NCBI GenBank assembly: GCA_000388065.2
Contig: KB932204.1
From: Fonticula alba ATCC 38817
Lineage: Eukaryota; Protista; Nucleariida
Reading direction: 5' to 3' (one strand)
Length of the DNA stretch: 64,000 nt
The position numbers and the translations under genes were made by a program. The notes under the pieces are model-generated. The model searched no databases and was not told the DNA's origin. It saw only the letters and a program-made list of their open reading frames with translations. This document shows positions 49,736 through 61,369 of this stretch, piece by piece. Each line of letters begins with the position of its first letter. Position 1 is the stretch's first letter.

Positions 49736-51341
49736 GGTGCACGGTGAGGGAAATGGGAGGAGGAGGGAGGAACGCGGGGAGAGAGAGAGAGAGAGAGAGA
49801 GAGAAAGGGAAGTGGCGAGAAGGCAAATCGCAGGAGGAGGGATGGCGAGAGGAAGTCGGGGGGAAGATTGGCAGTGGCCATGCGGTGAGGCACGAATTCA
49901 CCGACCTTTGGATGGAGCGATACTCCCCCCCCCCCTGTCCCCTCCGCCCTCTCCTCCACATTGGTGAGCAGGTGCCTCCCACGATGCCGTCGGGGCCGAA
50001 GGTATTGGGCGGGAGAGCCGAGCCGCTCTACGCCCTCACCGGAGAAGCGGGCATCCAGCATTCACACACACACACACACATACACGGTGGGCCAGATCGT
50101 CGGGCATCTTCAAAGGCCCGTCCGGCTGTGAACCACGATGGCCCGAGGTCAGGCGCCATGTGCCTTTTAATCATGTGCTGGTGGTTCTGTTGGAGAAGAA
50201 TGGGCCCTTATCTTTTGCCGCTCCCGGCCGTGTCATCCCCTGCAACCGGCCAGGCCTTGAGAGCATCGGGGAGGGGCGAGGGCCGTTGAGCCGGACACCG
50301 AAGCGAGCTTCCCCAAAGGTCTCGGCAAAATATAAATCCATAAATAATCCTGTCTCTGCAAGGATTATTCCCAGTGGTGTCTAAACTGCGCAGATATGTG
50401 CCTCTCTTGCGCAAGGTGGGCGCCACAGCCTCCCCCCCCCCCCCCCCTCCCCCATCGAGAGGGCCTTGGATCAGGTCAACACGCGTGTGTGAGCGGGCTG
50501 ACGGTCGCCGTCGGCCGGGGACGATATCCCGTCCTTCTGGGGAGCATGGGAAGGGGGGGGGGGGCGTTTGGGTGGGTTATGTTCTGCAGCGTCTGGGCAG
50601 AACATGGCTCTGGGGTAGAAGAGACCTACGAACAGGTGGCCCCCTTTCCCCCCCCCCCNNNNNNNNNNNNNNNNNNNNNNNNNNNNNNNNNNNCCCCCCC
50701 CCCCCCCCCCCGGCAGGCCTCGCAATCTACGGACCCTGTCTCCAGCACCACGGTTCCGGGCTTGCATCCGTGACTCGGAGCGCGTGGTACTGCCAGGAGG
50801 GCCATTCGGAGAGAAGCCCGTACTTTTCTCCCCTGGGGTCTCCCCCGAAGTACCCCGGGATTCGGGCACACAGGGGTGGTGGGGTGAGTTTTTGCGGCCC
50901 CCAGTTGCACGTTTGCCAGAGGACCACCCACCTCTCGAATCCTTCCTCCCCCTCTCCACTCCCCGAGCACCCTGCTGTTTTTGGTATTTTCCCCTTCTCT
51001 GCCTTCACTCCATCGCCCCTCGCTGCCCCTTTCCTGCTGGTGGTCCTGTGGTGGCCATGACGCCAGCCTCGCTCCCTCCTCCCGCCCCCCCCCTACCCCT
51101 CCCTCGTCTCGGAGAAGGGGGGGGGAGGGGGACCGACAAAGAGTGTGGGGGCGAGATATAAGTAGCCCCCCCTCTCTCCCCTCCCCTCTGGACATTGATC
51201 CATGCTCAGCCCATCATGCCTCATCCCCCCCCCCCCTCCTCCCTTATTGTCTCGACCTCTTCCCCTTTTAACACTACTGGTTCTTCGTCTCTTCCCCTTT
51301 GTAGCAGGAGAGTCCCCCTCAGAGGAAGTTTCATCTGCACC

Positions 51342-51764
51342 ATGTCGACTCCAAGCACCGAGCCCAACAAGGACATTGAGATGTGGAAGATCAAGAAGCT
51401 CATCAAGAGTCTTCAGGATGCCCGTGGGTGCGTTTGAGTTCATTCCCTTGAGGTCGGTTCTTTGTCCGAGTCTCCCCTCGAATTAACCTCCCTCTGCCCC
51501 CTCCCCAGTAATGGTACATCCATGATCTCCCTCATCATCCCCCCGAAGGATCAGATCTCCCGTGTGTCTAAGATGCTCAACGAGGAGGCTGGTACCGCCA
51601 ACAACATCAAGTCTCGTGTGAACCGCCTCTCCGTGCTTGCCGCCATTACCTCCAGTATCCAGCGCCTGAAGCTGTACAACAAGGGTACGGACTGGTCTTT
51701 TGGGGTCTTTGTTTTTGGCTTTTTCTCCCTTCTCGCGCTGGCGGGCGTGGTATGATGCTTAGTC

Positions 51765-51844
<80 letters not shown>

Positions 51845-53708
51845 TGTGTGTGTGTCTGTGTGTGTGTCCGTGTGTGTCCGTGTGTGTCCATGTGTGTCCA
51901 TGTGTGTCCGTGTTCGCGCCATCACCGGACCTTGTATCTCGTCTGCCAGTTACTCATCCCTCTTCCTCCGCAGTCCCCCCCAACGGCCTGATTATCTATT
52001 GCGGCACCGTCATGACCCCCGAGGGCAAGGAGCGCCAGGTGACCATCGACTTCGAGCCCTTCAAGCCGATCAACACCTCGCTGTACATGTGCGACAACCG
52101 CTTCCACACCGAGGCCCTGAGTGAGCTGCTGGAGGATGACCACCGGTTTGGCTTCATCATCATGGATGGTTCCGGCACCCTCTTCGGTGCGGTCACCGGT
52201 AACAATCGTGAGGTGCTCCACAAGTTCTCCGTCGATCTGCCGAAGAAGCACGGTCGTGGTGGTCAGTCTGCCGTTCGTTTCTCGCGTCTGCGTACGGAGC
52301 GGCGCCACAACTACACCCGTAAGGTGTGTGAGTTGGCCACCCAGCTCTTCATTACCAACGATCGTGTGCGTCAATCCTCTGGCCTTTCTCGTTTGTCGAC
52401 TTTTGTCCCCCCTGTCGCCCTCCTCCTCTTCCTCCTCCTCGCCCCCTCCCATGGATGGTGGATGTATTCTGACAAGCTTTCCGCATTCGCGCACGCACGC
52501 AAATGTGTTTCCTCTCCTTCCTCTCCGGGACGGGGGACATGCATGGCTGCCTTTCCCTTTGTCCCTCCGTTTGTGCCCCTGTTTCCCAGCCCAACGTCTA
52601 CGGTCTGATTCTTGCCGGTTCTGCCGATTTCAAGACTGAGCTCAGCCAGTCCGAGATGTTCGACCAGCGCCTGGTCCCGAAGATCATCAAGATCATTGAC
52701 GTCTCCTACGGCGGTGAGAACGGCTTCAGCCAGGCCATTTCCCTGTCGCAGGATGCCCTCGCCAATGTCAAGTTTGTTCACGAGAAGAAGCTCCTCGAGC
52801 AGTTCTTCGAGCAGATTTCCACCGACTCCGGCCTCTACTGCTTCGGCTTGCATGAGACTCTGGAGGTGCGTCCGGGGGCTGTGTTTCCGTGACCAGATGG
52901 CTGGCTCTCGGTCCATCATCTAAGGGGGGGGGGGGAGAGCGGAGACTATCTCCTCTTCCTCTTCTTCTTTTTTTCGCCCACCACGCCGAGTGAAAGCGGA
53001 TCACTGCGCCCCGTTTCTTTCGTACTTGTGTCTGACACGCCTTCCCGCTCATTTCCCTCGGGGCCCCTCCCTCCTTCTCGCTGCTTCAATCGGACCACAA
53101 CACAGGCTCTTGAGAACGGCGCCATTTCCACCCTGATTGTCTTCGAGAACTTGACGATCACCCGGTTCCAGGGCAAGACCCGCGATGGCAGTGCGTCCAT
53201 TTCCCTTGCCCCACTGCCAGACATCCCCCCCCCCCCCCCCCCCCCCCCCCGCCCGCAACAGCAAACTCACTCCTCCTTCCTCACTCTCCCAGCTGAGCGT
53301 GTCCTCTACCTCGACCTGCCCGCCGAGACCGACAAGATCAAGGATCCCAAGTCCGATGACGAGGTCGAGGTCACCGAGGCCATGTCCCTCGTCGAGTGGC
53401 TCACCGAGAACTACCAGAAGTTTGGTACGTGTTGCCCTCGCTTCCTCTGCCCCCCATGCGCCCTACGTGCATTCAGACTCACTCACCTCCTGATCCTGCT
53501 CTTCTCCTCTTCCCCTCTCCCAGGTGTTGTCCTTGAGTTTATTTCCGACCGCTCTCCCGAGGGGTCGCAGTTCGTCAAGGGCTTCGGTGGTATTGGTGGT
53601 GTGCTGCGCTACCGCCTGGGCGGCACTGGCGACGAGTATGGCAATGCTGCCGAGTCGGAGGACGACATGTTCTTCGCCACCGACGACGAGGATGATGACT
53701 TCTTCTAA
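51342..53708 (+). CDS. ETF1: Eukaryotic peptide chain release factor subunit 1 (eRF1/Sup45)
   Basis: Exons 51342-51427, 51509-51684, 51974-52365, 52590-52865, 53106-53190, 53293-53424, 53524-53708. Motifs: [49 protein letters not shown] and [17 protein letters not shown]. Confidence 0.98.
51766..51912. repeat. Imperfect (TG)n microsatellite in eRF1 intron 2
   Basis: About 150 bp of TG repeats with TC/CC/CA interruptions. Confidence 0.95.
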
Positions 53709-55106
53709 ATGGCACGCGCCCCTCATGTCACGATCGGCCACCCTCCTCCCCCCTCTTTCCCCTCCTCAGCGTGCATCTGCCGCCTGATCTTGTTCTCTGT
53801 CCCTCCTCTCATCGCGAGAGGAGAGGGTGACTCCTCATGCCTTCGGGGGCCCCCTTCTTCGTCCTTTTTCCACGCAGAAGCCCGGGAGGGGGCAGTCGTG
53901 TGGTGATATCTGGCAACACACGCGTCCTCCGTGCTGTGTTCCCCCCCCCCCTCCTTCCCTTCCCTCCCCTCCGCCACACACGCGCCCATGAGAGAGAGAG
54001 AGAGAGGATGCGCCGTATGCCCACGCCCTCTCCTGTGTGCGCGTGCGGTTGATCCAAAAATACACGCCTCCTTAGGCAACGCCACTGATGAAGCCGGTCA
54101 AACAACACAGGGGGGAGCCCTCTCTCTTTTTCTCTCCTGAATGGGGAGCCGAGCTTTGGGGAAGGCGCGAGACGAGGGGCAGGGGGCAGGGCGATTGGCC
54201 GTTGAGAATGATGTCTGTTCGCTCGTTGGCCTGTTCACTCCCGCGAGGGATCACTAACAGAGGGGCCCCGGTGCTGGAGGGGGTCCGAAAGGCCGGGAGT
54301 CATCAGGCACTGACTGGCCAATCTGAAGGGTCTTGAATGGGGAGGGTTTTTTTCTGCACCGTCTGGCGCAGAACCAGCGCGGGACGCATGGCAGCAGCAG
54401 GCGGGGCGACCGCAAGCGGGGCCGCAGCCGCCGATGCAGTCACAGGGCATGGATCACATGCATTATGCATTTGAGCAACATACCCATCTGGGCATGTGAT
54501 GCCGTCGATTGTGATGCCGTTCTCTTTGCCTTCCGATGTTGCCAGTCTTGAAAACTTGGCGAGGTACCTTCTCTGCGCGGCGGGTAAGAGCGGCATCTTC
54601 ACTTACAACCACGCTCACCCAGGGGCTGTCTATTTGTCCGGGGAACATCTCGGTGGAGCCGGTTTCCGCCTTGCCGCACATCTCCCTCTTCCTGTGGACA
54701 TTGGTCGCCGGTTGGCGTGCGGGTACCAGGGAATGCGCGCGGGGTGTTGGCCCGGGCAAAAATTCCACCGGAGTATGCGGCGGGGCGGGTGCGTCCGGTT
54801 GCGGGCCACCCCCTCCTCCCTCAGGGGTCTTGTGTTTTATTTTCACTTCCCCCCTCTTTTTCGGCTCCCCTTACGGCTGACTCGCCTGTGATGCCCTTTT
54901 GCCAAGCCCCCATCTCCCTTCATCTCTTCTTCTCTCTCTCTCTCTCTTTCTCCACCCCGTCTGCCACGCGCGTCCCCTGCTTTTGGGTACCTTCTCCACG
55001 TACCTCGGTTTTCCCTCCTGGCTCCACCTCCTGTTCATGGGCCCGCACGCGTAGCAACCTCGTACACCCACCTACCTACCCCGCTCCCCCCCCCCCCCCC
55101 TCCACG

Positions 55107-56434
55107 ATGTCGGTCCCCTCGGCCCACTCGATCAACAACACCCTGTCCGAGTTTGGCGCCCTGATCCAGGAGCTCTCGGCCCAGCTGGATTCCCAGCAGC
55201 AGCTGGCTGTCTCGGGGGACCAATCATCCTCGGCATCGGTGCGTTTATTTTCCCCCTGTCTTTCCCCTACTATTTCCCCCTCCTCTCTCTTTCCTCTCTT
55301 TCCGCCCTTTCCTCTCTTTCCGCCCTTTCCTCTCTTTCCGCCCTTTCCGCCCTTTCCGCCCTCTCCTTCCTTCCCTCTCCTCCCTCCCTCTTCTGTCTCC
55401 CCCTCCCTTCCCAATGGATGCCTTCCCCCACTCCCACCCCCCTCCGGGTTTTGGTTCCTCGGCGGGGGCCTGCGCGTGTGGGGGAGGATCGATGTCCAGT
55501 TTCCCATCCACTCATCCCCCCTCCCCCTTCTCTGACTGAAGTCATTCATCATGACTACGCTGGCTGTTGGCGTTTCCCTCTTGGTTCTCTCGGTCATCGG
55601 AACATCGGGGCTGCTGCGCACCGGGCGACGGGTTTGGCGCTACTTTGTGCCACTCTCCGGACGGCACCCTGGTGATCCTGGCGCTGTGCGTTCTTTCATG
55701 ATCCTCACCTGGCTCTTTCTTCCTCTGAGCGCCGCAACCCACGGGAGCGAAGGGTTCTCCCCCTCTTTCCCTCCCCCCCTCCGGCGACTAACACGCTGCT
55801 CCCGACCTTGCTCTCCCTTGCCTTTCCTGCCTTCGTAGACCCCTCGAACTGGCGCGACGACTCCCGATCCCGCGGTGCCTGCCGACTCGACGACGCATTC
55901 GACTACGTCGCCTCTTCACTGGGCTGCCTCGCGTGTGCCGCAGTCCCTGGCGGACCTTGTATCTCCGGAGTTCCCGGGCGACGTGGGCCTGCCTGACTTG
56001 GATGCATTGCGTGCGCATGCGGCCAGTTCTGGCGCTCCGGGCGACATCGGGGGACCAGACGAGCAGTTGCTTCACCTGCAGCGGGAAAACGCCTCGCTGG
56101 TCGAGACTCTGCGTGATTACCATGCGACCGTTGGGCGACTGATGAACAAGCACAAGACGCTGGCCGTACGTCGTGTGGCGATTCCCTTGCCTTTGTGTAT
56201 CTGGGCTTTTACTTACCCTCCCCCTCCTCCCTCATCCTCCCTCATCCTCCCGGTCCCCTCCCCCCCCCCCCCCGCCCACCCACCGCTTTTCCTCTGGCAG
56301 GCCAGTGTTCAGTCAGATCGGCAAGGGCTGCTGGCCAAGATCGATCATCTTGCAGCCGAGAACCAGGTGCGTGTCCTCCTCATTGTTCGGGTGCTCATCA
56401 TATCGGCCTTCTGTTTGATCTTCCTCTCTCTCTT

Positions 56435-56469
<35 letters not shown>

Positions 56470-56847
56470 CTCGCTCTCGCTCTCGCTCTCCTTGTCCCCC
56501 GCAGTCACACTGACCGCGCACTCTATTGTCCGGTCCTGTCCCCCTTTGCCCTCTTCCCCCTCCCCTGGCAGGGTCTTCGCGAGCAGGTGGACCAGCTCCA
56601 GCAGGTTGGGCTCCGATTGACGGACCGGTTGGACCGCGCACATGCGATCATCCGCAATGCGGCGGCCCTGCAATCCGAGGACGAAAGCGCTGTCAACCGG
56701 GAGATGGCCGCCCTACGCCGGGAGAACGAGAGCCTCCGGGTATTGATCGGCATTTCGGAAGCCTCGCTGGATCGCATCTCCTCGGGGTCGTCATTGCCCG
56801 GCGAGGCGGAGGCAGTCTCCTCGTCTGCCGGTGCACTGAACGCCTGA
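55107..56847 (+). CDS. Coiled-coil protein resembling SIKE1/FGFR1OP2 (STRIPAK small coiled-coil subunit)
   Basis: Exons 55107-55238, 55944 (or 55839)-56165, 56301-56366 and 56572-56847, all phase 0. LLHLQRENASLVETLRDYHATVGRLMNKHK and AIIRNAAAL...LRRENESLRVLIGI resemble the FGFR1OP2 blocks [30 protein letters not shown] and AVMRKAI...LEQENKGLREILQI (recalled, not searched). Confidence 0.65.
55290..55345. repeat. Short pyrimidine tandem repeat (TTTCCTCTCTTTCCGCCC-like), intronic
   Basis: Repeated TTTCCTCTCTTTCCGCCC / TTTCCGCCC units. Confidence 0.75.
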
Positions 56848-56963
56848 GCGCGAGGATTGGCATCTGCGCCCTTCTGGAGAGAATACACGCCTGTTTGCAT
56901 ACATCTCCATCGAGAAGACACCCGGCTGGAGAACATCCAGAACCAGCGCGGCCTGGCGCGCGC

Positions 56964-57020
<57 letters not shown>

Positions 57021-57191
57021 GTGCGCGGGGGAGGGCAGGGGCAAGGGTCTGAACAAATGAACATCGGCCTTTTTTGAGCCAGGATCTGGTAGGCGTGGGC
57101 CTGGTGCGATTACTTCACGTCCCCCTCCTTTTTCCTTGCTCCTTCTCCACATCTCCCATTTTTCGGGCTTTCGTGGGTCTTTTTTTTTTTC

Positions 57192-58833
57192 ATGGCCAAC
57201 ACACGCTTCGCCTACGTGCGGCACTTCGAGCAGGCGTCGGAGTACTTCCTTCCGCGGGACACCTGGCTGGTGATCCGCGTGGATGGCCGCGGCTTTTCGC
57301 GCTTCACCCAAGCTCACAATTATGTCAAGCCCAATGACGTGCGAGGGATCCAGCTGATGAATCGCGCGGCCATGCATGTGGCTCGGGAGTTCAACGAGTG
57401 CTGCGCCGCCTACGGACAGAGCGACGAGTACAGGTGCGATCTCGCCAGGGGGCGTGGAGGCGATTGTCCATGAGAATCCCCCCCCCTCCCCTCCCCCCGC
57501 CTCTCTCTCTCTCTCTCTCTCCTCGCATGGCTCCCGATGGCTGACCGTCGCGTCCATGCCCCCTCCCGCCTCCCGCACCCCCTGCCGGTCTGGGACGGGT
57601 CATGGCAATGGGCTCTTCAGCTTTGTCCTGCACAAATCGACGCAGCTTTACTCTCGGCGATTGTCGAAGATCGCTTCGTCAGTCAGCTCGGCCTTTTCGT
57701 CGGCCTTTGTCTTCCACTGGGCCGAGTACTTCCCCACCACCCCGCTGCAGTACCCACCGGCCTTCGACTCGCGTGTGGTTTCCTACCCCACTGTGCAGCA
57801 TGTTCGCGACTACTTCAGCTGGCGCCAAGCAGACTGTGCGTGTGTGGCGATATCCCCTTTGGAGGGTGGCGCTGGGCCTTGCCCCTGCCCTCTTCTCCCC
57901 GCCTCTCTTTCTGTGTCTGTCTTTCCATAGTGCCCGTGGTTGGCCATTCTAATGCCGACCCGTCCCCGTTGCCCCTTCCCTGCGGTGCTCGAGCAGGCCA
58001 CATCAACAACCTTTATAACACTTGCTTCTGGGCGCTGGTCCAGCAGGGCGGGATGACCCCACCCGAGGCGGAGGCCCGCCTGGATGTGCGTTCTCGCCTT
58101 TGCTTGCTTCATGTCCTCCCCCATCCGACATCACTTGCTGTTGCTCTTTTGCTCGCACCGCCCCGGCGGGGCTGAGACGTGCCTGCCGGGCGATGTCAAC
58201 AAGGTTTCTGACCCTTCCATCATGGGATCCACCCACATGTAGGGCACCTTCTCGAATGACAAGAATGAGCTCCTGTACTCGCAGTTTGGCATCAACTACA
58301 ATACCCTGTCGGCGGTTTTCCGGAAGGGAACCTTTTTGGCGAAGGAGGAGCCCGGTGCCTTCCCGGCGGATGCCTTCCTGCCGGGCGGCTGTACGGACTT
58401 GCTCCCCTGGCCGGCTAATGACCAATCGGTCGAGGGCTTCCCCGTGTCGCCATTGGCGGGGGCCGGGGCACTAGAGGCCAGCGTGGCCGGGCTATCGGTC
58501 TCCCCCTCTGAGCAGGAGGCAGGCGAGGTGACCGAGAAGGCGGACGATACGGCGGCCGCCATGTCGTCCTCCTCGACGTCGCATTTGAAGGGCCGGGCCT
58601 TGCGCCGGGCCCTGGCCAAGGAGGAGCGCAAGCAACGCAAGGCGGCCAACCTGCGAAAGGACTTCCATGCGCTGCACATTGACATCATTGGCGACAACTT
58701 TTGGGCGACCAGTGCCACCCCCGGGACCAAGCCCGGTCTGGGGGCGGTCCTCTTCGCTGAGCGTTCGGCCGACGCCCCTGCTCCTGGCACCCTGCGGCGG
58801 TCTCTCTCCCAGGAACTGGCCGACGTCCTGTGA
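57192..58833 (+). CDS. THG1: tRNA(His) guanylyltransferase
   Basis: Exons 57192-57433, 57621-57835, 57997-58085, 58243-58833. Motifs: [82 protein letters not shown] and [11 protein letters not shown]. Confidence 0.97.
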
Positions 58834-59246
58834 TGGGGGCGCCAGTGGCCCCGCCGATTGCGCCCGTCCGAAGAATAGATCCCGACGTCCCACGAGCCTG
58901 TTGGCCCCCGTTCTGAATCATGAGATCGGAGATGAAGGGCAAACATGGAGGTTCTGCTTATTTTCTCTCTGTGTCTCTTGCTCTCTGTCCCTCTCTCTCT
59001 CTCTCTCTCTGTTGTTGCCAGCCTTCTGCATGGGGTCCGGGTTGTTGGGCAAGGGACCAGGTCGCCCTTTTTGGGCGGCTCCGTGTCGCCGTCTCTCTCT
59101 CCCCAGATGAACGACAACGCGCTGCCACCTCTTCCTGAAGGGACCCTTTTCCTTTTGCCTTTTCTGCCAGCTCCCACTGCCCCCCCCCCCTGCTCCACCG
59201 CCCCTCCCCTTGCCCCCTCCCCCTCCCTCTAGGCTGTCGCCAATCC

Positions 59247-60009
59247 ATGCCGCCATCGACCATTGACGAGCCCAGGGCCTCGGCGTCGAGCCAGTCCCCG
59301 GCCGGGGGGAAACGCCCCAATCGGCGGCGTCCGAACAATCGCTCCGCATCCGGTCGCACGGAAACCCCACCGGAAGAGCTCTTTGCCGGGTTTGCCAGCC
59401 GGCGCACGGTTCGCCCCGCGCCTGCTCCAGCTGAGTCGGTGGACAGCCTCGCCGACCGGCTGGAGTCCACGGTGATTGCCGCGTCCACTGGGCCGAGTGG
59501 CATTTCCACAGATGGCGTGCCGGAGACCGTGAAGCCCCTGGCTTCTGCCACCGAGGAGGGGGAGCCTGTGGCGGCGGGCATCGCCACGGAGGCGGGTGAT
59601 CTGAAATCCGCCGGCGTGTCGACCGCCGTGGACATTCCGATGGGCGCCAGTGCCTCGGGCCCCCCCACTGCCTCGGGAGCCTCCGCTGAGTCAGGCTCGA
59701 CCAGTGCCCCGGCGCTGCGCAATGCTCGGACCGGACGCTCAGACCGGCCGGCTTTCTCGATGCATGTTGCCCGGCGAATGATCGAAAATGAATTGGAGAT
59801 CTCGATGGCGGTGTCGGACGAGCGCAAGGCCTTCGAGCGCGAACAGCTAGACCGTGCCCGTGGTACGTTTGAATTCTTGATGCTGCTATGTGTATGGGCC
59901 GCTCCGATTGACTGACTTCTTGAGAACCCCCTCACGACCAGAGGAGCGCCGGGTACGACGCGAGCAGGCTCGGCAGAGACGTCTTTCCGAGGAGGCGCCC
60001 GAGCAGTAG
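59247..60009 (+). CDS. Hypothetical low-complexity protein with C-terminal R3HCC1-like motif
   Basis: Exon 59247-59862 (GTACGT donor) and exon 59942-60009 join in phase 1. A disordered A/S/P/G-rich body is followed by DRPAFSMHVARRMIENELEI...EREQLDRAREERRVRREQ. Confidence 0.6.
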
Positions 60010-60253
60010 GAGAAAGCCCACCCGGCCGCGGATGTCTGTGCATCTGTGTGTGGGAGAGAGATGGCGGAGGGGACGGGGTTTTGTTCTCCGCCCGGCCATG
60101 ACACTCCTTTCCTGTCGGGGAAAGGGGTAGAATAAAAAAAGAGCGAGACTCGAGGTGGAGATGGAAAAAAAAAAAAAAAAGGCCAAAGAGTGTACAAGAG
60201 CGACAAAAGAAGAGGCGCACACAGTGGCCGTGGCTCGAAAAATGTGACGCCGG

Positions 60254-60264
60254 AAAAAAGAAAA
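60254..60264 (-). terminator. Pol III oligo-T terminator of tRNA-Phe
   Basis: The minus strand reads TTTTCTTTTTT starting 6 nt after the discriminator base. Confidence 0.75.
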
Positions 60265-60269
60265 GAGAG

Positions 60270-60342
60270 TGCCTCGAACCAGGATTGAACTGGTGACCTT
60301 GTGATCTTCAGTCACACGCTCTCCCAACTGAGCTATCGAGGC
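60270..60342 (-). tRNA. trnF-GAA: tRNA-Phe (anticodon GAA), intronless, 73 nt
   Basis: The reverse complement reads GCCTCGA TA GCTC AGTTGGGA GAGC G TGTGA CTGAAGA TCACA AGGTC ACCAG TTCAATC CTGGT TCGAGGC A. All four stems pair and the A and B boxes are present. There is no encoded CCA. Confidence 0.98.
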
Positions 60343-61369
60343 GGATGGTAGAATACCCACTTTTGGGAATATATGCGTTTTGTGGGCTCACCTCGGTACG
60401 GCTGCCCCCCCCCCCCCGTTCCTGGCTGGCCTCAGCTCCTTCGGTGTTGCCTTTCCGCCACAGCTCTGACCACAACCCCTGGCGAGGGAGGGAGGGAGCA
60501 GAGGAGGGTGCCTCTTTCCAGTCGCTCCGCTCGCCTCTCCGCGCACCTCCTCCTTCCTGGGCGCCTGCATTTGCGGAGGCTGTATCTTTCCCTTCCCCCC
60601 AAGACCCGAGCCCCTCCCAGAGGGGCCCGAATCTCGGGGACCAGTTCTGTGCTTCGATCGGGCCGGATGCCCTGCCCGATGATGCCCCCTCCCGGAAGGG
60701 TGAAACGCCGTCCCTGGCGCACTCTTCACAACGATGTGGTTCGCACGCTTTCCTGATTCGCCCTTTCCTGCTGTTGCCCTTTGCCCGCACGGCCCCCCCG
60801 GCCCCCGCCCCCCATCGAGATGGAACGCCCCGAGTGGCCCTCGAGGGCTTTCTCGGTGGTCCGGATCGCTTGCCCATTGGGCCGAGCGGCAACAGCGGCT
60901 GGCCGAGCTCCGGTTAGCAGAGAGCCCTATTCAGATCGCCGGTCTTTAGGGGGAACGATGCCAGGGACTCTCATGAAGCCCGAGCCCTGACGCGTATTCC
61001 GATGCCTGGGGGGAGCGTCTCGCGGCATGGTCTAAACACCTGCGGGCCACCTCCAAAGTGTTGGGACCCAGGCTCTGGATAGATCCAGAAGCCCTACTAC
61101 CAACGCATGGTACCAGCAATGGGCGTGCCGGAGCATGCCTCCCCTCCGAAATCGGGCGAGCGTGCGGGATCGGGAACCCCGGGCAATACGGTAGGCAGGG
61201 GGTAAAGCACACTGGTGGAAGAGGATTTCAAAAAGGCCCCTCCGGGTGTCTCCTGCGCATGAGACCAAGTATGCCCCCCTCCCCTTCCCCGCCGAATGCC
61301 CAACCTTCGCCTCTTCCCCCCTCTCGGACTCTCTCCCTTTCCTGCTGCTCCCTCTCTGTGACTGAAAGC

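Noticed and set aside
51590-51615. eRF1 TANNIKS instead of TASNIKS as a sign of a variant genetic code
   Set aside because: TAA, TAG and TGA all terminate confidently called genes in this window, and the GTS, NIKS, YxCxxxF and GGQ motifs are intact.
54080-54330. Possible C/D snoRNA boxes (TGATGA / ATGATGT ... CTGA)
   Set aside because: No terminal stem and no recognisable rRNA-complementary guide. Such short boxes occur by chance.
54303-54602. Short minus ORF with CPDGY..NACDPCP (Cys-rich repeat-like)
   Set aside because: Single motif, A/T-rich third codon positions unlike the real genes here, no signal peptide and no supporting exons.
6569-60342. Functional clustering (MOB3 with SIKE-like; GPN1, NOP9, eRF1, THG1 and tRNA-Phe)
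   Set aside because: The genes are tens of kb apart or in mixed orientation, and housekeeping genes are common in a gene-dense genome. Nothing suggests an operon-like system.
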